This document shows positions 16,764 through 21,553 of a stretch of DNA of 21,553 nucleotides, piece by piece; positions within the stretch are counted from its first letter, which is position 1; every line of letters starts with the position of its first letter. The DNA comes from Thermoproteota archaeon (GTDB lineage Archaea > Thermoproteota > Thermoprotei > Gearchaeales > Gearchaeaceae): the NCBI GenBank assembly GCA_032249315.1, contig JAVVGB010000016.1, positions 1 to 21,553 of the forward strand. Direction: 5' to 3'. Made by a program: the position numbers and the translations under genes. The notes beneath the pieces were generated by a model. It made no database searches. It was given only the letters and a program-made list of their open reading frames with translations, and was not told the origin of the DNA.

Positions 16764-17006
16764 TTAATAAGTTTCTATTACTACTGAAGTAGAAGTTTTT
16801 ATTACTCCAGGCACTGAAAGTATTCTTTCTTTGATTGTTTTGGACAATTCTGAGAAATCTTTTGCATCAAGCTCTACAACTAAATCAAATTCTCCTGTTA
16901 CTGCTTTTACTGATTTAGCGTTTTCTATTTTTTTAATTTCTGTACCTACTTTGTCAATCTTATTAGGCTCTACCACAACAAATACGTATGCTTCTACCAT
17001 AAACAA
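16764..17006 (-). CDS. Stand-alone Lrp/AsnC-type ligand-binding (RAM) domain protein, no HTH
   Basis: 80 aa: EAYVFVVVEPNKIDKVGTEIKKIENAKSVKAVTGEFDLVVELDAKDFSELSKTIKERILSVPGVIKTSTSVVIE. Confidence 0.88.
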   Translation of the reverse strand: MFMVEAYVFVVVEPNKIDKVGTEIKKIENAKSVKAVTGEFDLVVELDAKDFSELSKTIKERILSVPGVIKTSTSVVIETY

Positions 17007-17115
17007 ATTAATTTTTGTAAAGTATATAAATTTAAAGAGTTCATAAAGATTAATTTAAGCTTAAAAAATGTTATAACGCCTACTTTTTAATAAATTTCGT
17101 ACTATTTCATAAAAA

Positions 17116-18741
17116 TCAATTCCAACTAATTCTTTTAACTTTTTCAACATCAAAGCCTAATTTTTCTCCCCATTTTTCTATACTCCTTAGGATTGTATTA
17201 GCCCCAACAAAGGATAAAAACTGCATGAATATTTTAAAGAATGGATTTACGTTAAATACTTCTCTTGAAGCTCTTAATATTTCAATTAATGTATGTCTCC
17301 AACATCTGTATATTACTGCAAAAGAACCTTCATTTACTTGCTCATCTATATTAAAGAAACTTTTCTCTTTTAGTAATCCAACAGGAACGAAACTTAAAGG
17401 AGTAGCTGTAAAATGAGCTTTATTACCAACTTTTTTCGGCAACTCTTTTTCCATTCTATCAATAAATCTAACTGTATCCCAGCAATCTTCCTCAGTTTCT
17501 CCAGGTAAACCAATTATTAAAGTATATGCTGGGAACCAATAGTTATCATTTAATACTGCATTACCTTCCAATATTACTTCTTGCCATTCATCTGCATCAA
17601 AAGGTTTAGCCTTTAATGGCATATAGTTACTAAAAATTCTATTTGAGCCTGTTTCTAAGCCGCATTGAATTCCGATCCAATTTCTTGAATTAGCTCTAAG
17701 TATTTTAGATAAGTCTTTTATTAAATCAGGATCTGCTGCTGCAGCTGAAACGGTACCGTGTGTAGGATTCATATGCTCAACTCCTTTTATATCCATTATT
17801 GATTTAAACAAAGCTATCAATGCATCTCTATTGGGATAGAAATATTTTTTATCCTCTACTTCGTATAGAAATATATCTTCGCTATGTAACCAAACGCTAC
17901 CGTATCCTCCCAATCTTACATTTACCAACACTTCTTTTTTTATTTTCTCAATAGGCATATATCTTCCAACCCTTAGATTTGGCTCACAAAAATGACAATT
18001 CCTTCCGCATCCCCTCATAGCTTCTACAAAACCATGAGTAGCTGGACGAAGTATAGTAGGTATTTGATATATTTCAGGATGGCCTCTAGATTTTATTATT
18101 CTATTTAGTGATTTATCTAATGAAAGTATTTCAGAAACAATGTTGCCTCCATTTGTAGTGTAATAATATATATCTTCCTTCTCTATTTTAAGGAACAAAT
18201 CAGGCAATAAATGATCGATTTCACCCATTATTAAATGATCAATTTGAAGTTCATCTAAATAATTCCTCTTAACATCAAGTTGCCAAGCCCCACTTCCGCC
18301 CACTACAATTTTAAATTTTAAATTTCTTTTTCTCCTTATTTGTGCTACAGTTCTAACAAGTTTAAGAAAATAATATTTTGTATAAGCAGTATAATATCCT
18401 CCATAAGTAAACATCATCGATACTGGCCCTAAACCCAAAGGATCCATCGAATTTATTCCTACAATTTTTGTATCTTCATTTATGAACTTATGAATATGAT
18501 CAGGATGAACAACTGCAATCTCGTTTGGTTTATATCCTCTTAATAATCCAGCTTCTATTTTTCTTAAAGGATATGGAGCTCTTATTAATAAACCATTATA
18601 AGTAGGTAGTTGACCTGTAAGAAAATCATATAAGAACTTAGGTGTTTTTTCAACTGGAGCGCAACTAAAGAAATCAAGTAAGGGAATATGATGAAATTCT
18701 CCAGTTAATGTTTTATCACTTGTTAAAACAATTCGAACCAT
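17116..18741 (-). CDS. B12-binding-domain-like radical SAM protein (541 aa)
   Basis: RGCGRNCHFCEPNLRVGRYMP (CxxxCxxC), an N-terminal cobalamin-binding-like region with VVGGSGAWQL...IDHLIMGEIDHLLPDL, and GIQCGLETGSNRI, TLIIGLPGETEEDCWDTVRFI. Confidence 0.85.
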   Translation of the reverse strand: MVRIVLTSDKTLTGEFHHIPLLDFFSCAPVEKTPKFLYDFLTGQLPTYNGLLIRAPYPLRKIEAGLLRGYKPNEIAVVHPDHIHKFINEDTKIVGINSMDPLGLGPVSMMFTYGGYYTAYTKYYFLKLVRTVAQIRRKRNLKFKIVVGGSGAWQLDVKRNYLDELQIDHLIMGEIDHLLPDLFLKIEKEDIYYYTTNGGNIVSEILSLDKSLNRIIKSRGHPEIYQIPTILRPATHGFVEAMRGCGRNCHFCEPNLRVGRYMPIEKIKKEVLVNVRLGGYGSVWLHSEDIFLYEVEDKKYFYPNRDALIALFKSIMDIKGVEHMNPTHGTVSAAAADPDLIKDLSKILRANSRNWIGIQCGLETGSNRIFSNYMPLKAKPFDADEWQEVILEGNAVLNDNYWFPAYTLIIGLPGETEEDCWDTVRFIDRMEKELPKKVGNKAHFTATPLSFVPVGLLKEKSFFNIDEQVNEGSFAVIYRCWRHTLIEILRASREVFNVNPFFKIFMQFLSFVGANTILRSIEKWGEKLGFDVEKVKRISWN

Positions 18742-18770
18742 AATGTAAAAAAATAATAGTTTATCATTGA

Positions 18771-18778
18771 TATAAACT
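18771..18778 (-). promoter_or_regulatory. Putative TATA box for the radical SAM gene
   Basis: GTTTATAT-type sequence on the minus strand, 30-37 nt upstream of the start at 18741. Confidence 0.4.
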
Positions 18779-18842
18779 TTTCGTTATCTTTTTAATATTT
18801 GTCAATATTAAAAATTTAGGATGTTAAAATGATAAAAGGAAT

Positions 18843-20888
18843 ATGGTTAATAGGGCTACCTTATGTATAGATGTTGGAGGTACCTTTACTGATTATGTTA
18901 TGTTATTTAATGATGATATTATTACGTTTAAACTTCCTACAGAAACAAAGAGTCTAGAAAATATAATTTCAAATTTTTTAAATTTATTAAAAACCGATTT
19001 TAATGTTAAAGAATTAATCTATGTATCTACAATAGCTTCAAATTTACTTTTAGGACAACTGGGTATAGCGATGCCTAAAGTTTGTTTAATAACAACAAAA
19101 GGATTTAGAGATGTTATAGAAATAGGAAGACAAAATAGACCCGAGTTGTACAATTTATTCTTTGAGAAAAAGAAACCTTTGGTAGAAAGAAGATATAGGT
19201 TTGAAGTAAACGAAAGAGTAGATTCAAAAGGAAAAATAATTAAAGAAGTAGATGAGAAAGAAATTGAAGAGATAGCAAAAATAATAATTCAAAATAAAAT
19301 AGAAAGTGTTGCTATTTGTTATATTAATTCTTATGTTAATCCTTTTAACGAGTTTAAAACAAAAGAGCTACTTAAAAAGTTAATTCCCTATAATATTTAT
19401 ATAGTAACTTCATATGAAGTCTGTCCAGAAATAGGAGAATATGAAAGATTTTCCACTACTGTATTAAATGCTATATTAATGCCAGTTATGAGCTCTCATA
19501 TGGATAAATTATTGGAAGAAGCTAAAAAAAGAAAAATTAAAAAGTTTTATGTTATGGGTTCAATAGGAGGATTGTTAAGTTATGATAAAGTTTCCATGAA
19601 ACCTGTTTATACTATTGAATCAGGACCGATTGCAGGCATATTAGGTTCTTTATATTTATCAAAAATTTACAATCTTGATAATGTTGTTTCTTTTGATATG
19701 GGAGGCACAACAGCTAAGAGTTCTTTAATCCAAAATTTTTCTCCTTTTATAACTACGGAATATGAATTTGATTCAAGAAGAATAGGAGGACGTTCTTTAA
19801 AAGGAACAGGTTATCCTATAAAGATTCCTTTTATAGATATTGTTGAAGTTAGTGCAGGCGGAGGAACTATCGTTTGGATAGATGAAACAAATTCTCTTAA
19901 AGTAGGGCCTTTAAGTGCAGGTGCGGATCCAGGACCTGCTTGTTATGGTAAAAGTTTGATACCAACAATAACAGATGCTAATTTAATTTTAGGAAGACTT
20001 AGCGAAAAACTATTGGGTGGAAATATGATCGTTTATAAAGAAAGATCTATTAAGGCTTTTGAAAAGTTAAGTAAAAATTTGGGATTAAGCATCGAAGAAA
20101 CTGCTTATTCTGCTATAAAATTAATAAATTTTAAAATGGGAAAAGCTATTAAGATTATTGCGGTAGAAAGAGGAATTGAATCTCCTAAATTAACTTTAAT
20201 AGCTTACGGAGGAGCCGGCCCTATGCATGCTTGTGAAATATGCGAAGAACTTGGAATAGAAAACATAATCATACCAAGATATCCTGGACTATTTTCTTCT
20301 TTTTCTTTACTTTTCTCAGACATAAAATATGTTTATTCATCTAATATAATTAAAAAATTGGAAGATTTAAAAGTAGATGAAATTGACAAAAAATTTAAAG
20401 AATTAGAAAATTTAGCTAAAATAGATATTAAAAATGAAGAATTAAAAGAAATTATTTTTCAAAAATATTTAGATGTAAGATATTATAAACAGTCCTATGA
20501 GCTATTAATTCCTATAGAAAATATAGATGAAAAGTTTTTTGAAAATGTTAAAAATGCTTTTTACAAAAAACATAAAGAAATTTATGGTTGGAGCTATGAA
20601 GCACCTGTTGAAATTGTGAATATTAGATTGTACTTAATTGGAATCAGAGATAAACCAACGCTTAAAAAATATGAATTAAGTTATGAGAAAGCAAAAGAAA
20701 AAGATGTAAGAGAAGTGTACTTTAATGAGAACTTTGTAAAAACAAAAATATATTGGAGAGAAGATTTAAAAGCAGGTTATGAGATCGAAGGTCCTGCTAT
20801 AATTGAACAATATGATTCTACAGTCGTTATACCTCCAAATTGGATTTGTTTCGTTGATGAATATTTAAATCTTAGAATTAAAAAATGA
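18843..20888 (+). CDS. hyuA: Hydantoinase/oxoprolinase family subunit A
   Basis: [87 protein letters not shown]. Confidence 0.93.
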   Translation: MVNRATLCIDVGGTFTDYVMLFNDDIITFKLPTETKSLENIISNFLNLLKTDFNVKELIYVSTIASNLLLGQLGIAMPKVCLITTKGFRDVIEIGRQNRPELYNLFFEKKKPLVERRYRFEVNERVDSKGKIIKEVDEKEIEEIAKIIIQNKIESVAICYINSYVNPFNEFKTKELLKKLIPYNIYIVTSYEVCPEIGEYERFSTTVLNAILMPVMSSHMDKLLEEAKKRKIKKFYVMGSIGGLLSYDKVSMKPVYTIESGPIAGILGSLYLSKIYNLDNVVSFDMGGTTAKSSLIQNFSPFITTEYEFDSRRIGGRSLKGTGYPIKIPFIDIVEVSAGGGTIVWIDETNSLKVGPLSAGADPGPACYGKSLIPTITDANLILGRLSEKLLGGNMIVYKERSIKAFEKLSKNLGLSIEETAYSAIKLINFKMGKAIKIIAVERGIESPKLTLIAYGGAGPMHACEICEELGIENIIIPRYPGLFSSFSLLFSDIKYVYSSNIIKKLEDLKVDEIDKKFKELENLAKIDIKNEELKEIIFQKYLDVRYYKQSYELLIPIENIDEKFFENVKNAFYKKHKEIYGWSYEAPVEIVNIRLYLIGIRDKPTLKKYELSYEKAKEKDVREVYFNENFVKTKIYWREDLKAGYEIEGPAIIEQYDSTVVIPPNWICFVDEYLNLRIKK

Positions 20889-21553
20889 AAGTAATCTCTG
20901 AAATATTAGGCTATTCTTTGATATCTATTGTTGAAGAAATGGGAATTTCTTTAAGGAAATCTTCTTACTCTCATAATATTAAGGAAAGAGCAGATCATAG
21001 TTGCATAATTGCTGATAAGGAAGGTAAAATTTTAGCACAAGCTGAACATTTACCAGTACATTTAGGTTCATTTTATGTAGGTTTAAAGAATTTTATTGAT
21101 TACCTTAACAAAAATGATATAAAAATTGAAGAAGGAGACATGTTCATAGTTAACGATCCTTATATTATTGGAACTCATTTAAATGATGTTACTGTTATTA
21201 GACCAGTATTTTATTCCAATGAACTATTATTTTTTGTTGCAAATAAAGCCCATCATGTTGATATAGGAGGAATTTATGCTGGGGGAATAAATTGGAATTG
21301 TAGAAGCCTTTACGAAGAAGGAATTGTTATCGAGCCTGTAAAAATTATGAGAAAAAATAAATTATGTAAAGAAATATTAAAAGCAATAAAATTTAGAATA
21401 AGAACTTATGATATATTTGCTGGAGATCTTTTTGCTCAGATATCATCTAACATGCTAGGTGAAAGAAGATTAATAGAATTGATCAATAAATATAGTTTGC
21501 AAGTATTTAACAATGAAATCTTAAATTTTTTAGAAAATACTAAATTAAAAGTA
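20885..21553 (+). CDS. hyuB: Hydantoinase/oxoprolinase family subunit B, 3'-truncated by the window edge
   Basis: Not in the ORF track. ATG at 20885 overlaps the hyuA TGA (ATGA), and the frame is open for 223 codons to base 21553: [63 protein letters not shown]...FIVNDPYIIGTHLNDVTVIRPVF...NKAHHVDIGG. Confidence 0.93.
   Translation, partial: MKVISEILGYSLISIVEEMGISLRKSSYSHNIKERADHSCIIADKEGKILAQAEHLPVHLGSFYVGLKNFIDYLNKNDIKIEEGDMFIVNDPYIIGTHLNDVTVIRPVFYSNELLFFVANKAHHVDIGGIYAGGINWNCRSLYEEGIVIEPVKIMRKNKLCKEILKAIKFRIRTYDIFAGDLFAQISSNMLGERRLIELINKYSLQVFNNEILNFLENTKLKV

Noticed and set aside
16831-17416. Plus-strand 71-aa and 63-aa ORFs
   Set aside because: Antisense to the RAM-domain and radical SAM genes; no motif.
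1-21553. Whole-window search for CRISPR arrays, transposons, toxin-antitoxin pairs or a defence island
   Set aside because: No regularly spaced repeats, transposase, Cas or restriction-modification motifs were seen. EndoV, GIY-YIG-like, HD and rhomboid proteins are scattered among metabolic genes and do not form an evident defence module.

Overview
This is an AT-rich archaeal chromosomal window, dense with housekeeping and metabolic genes. Many starts sit about 25-30 nt downstream of TATA-like boxes, consistent with leaderless transcripts. In order, the main genes are: the 3' part of a NuoN/Fpo-type antiporter-like subunit; an AbrB+PhoU regulator (-); a XerA-like tyrosine recombinase; a divergent lipoate-ligase-like protein; endonuclease V (-); an MBL-fold hydrolase; and a DUF123/GIY-YIG-like protein (-). 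Then comes a minus-strand coenzyme F420 cluster (cofD > TIM-barrel > cofC > cofE), a rhomboid protease, an arginase/agmatinase-family enzyme (-), a small 83-aa protein (-), and an FrhB/FpoF-like F420 iron-sulfur protein (-). The right half holds GTP-type PEP carboxykinase, an HD-domain protein, a frame-disrupted 2OG-Fe(II) oxygenase, an OsmC-family protein, a beta-hydroxyacid dehydrogenase, a stand-alone Lrp/AsnC ligand-binding domain (-), a radical SAM protein (-), and hyuA followed by a truncated hyuB. I see no CRISPR array, rRNA, convincing tRNA or transposon, and no clear novel defence system. The best anomalies are: (1) the 2OG-Fe(II) oxygenase split by an apparent -1 shift within a 16-nt window containing AAAAGGGG; (2) the divergent lipoate/octanoate-ligase-like protein with RRLTGGPPL; (3) the TIM-barrel gene translationally coupled to cofD; and (4) an FpoF-like protein in the same window as a NuoN-like subunit.
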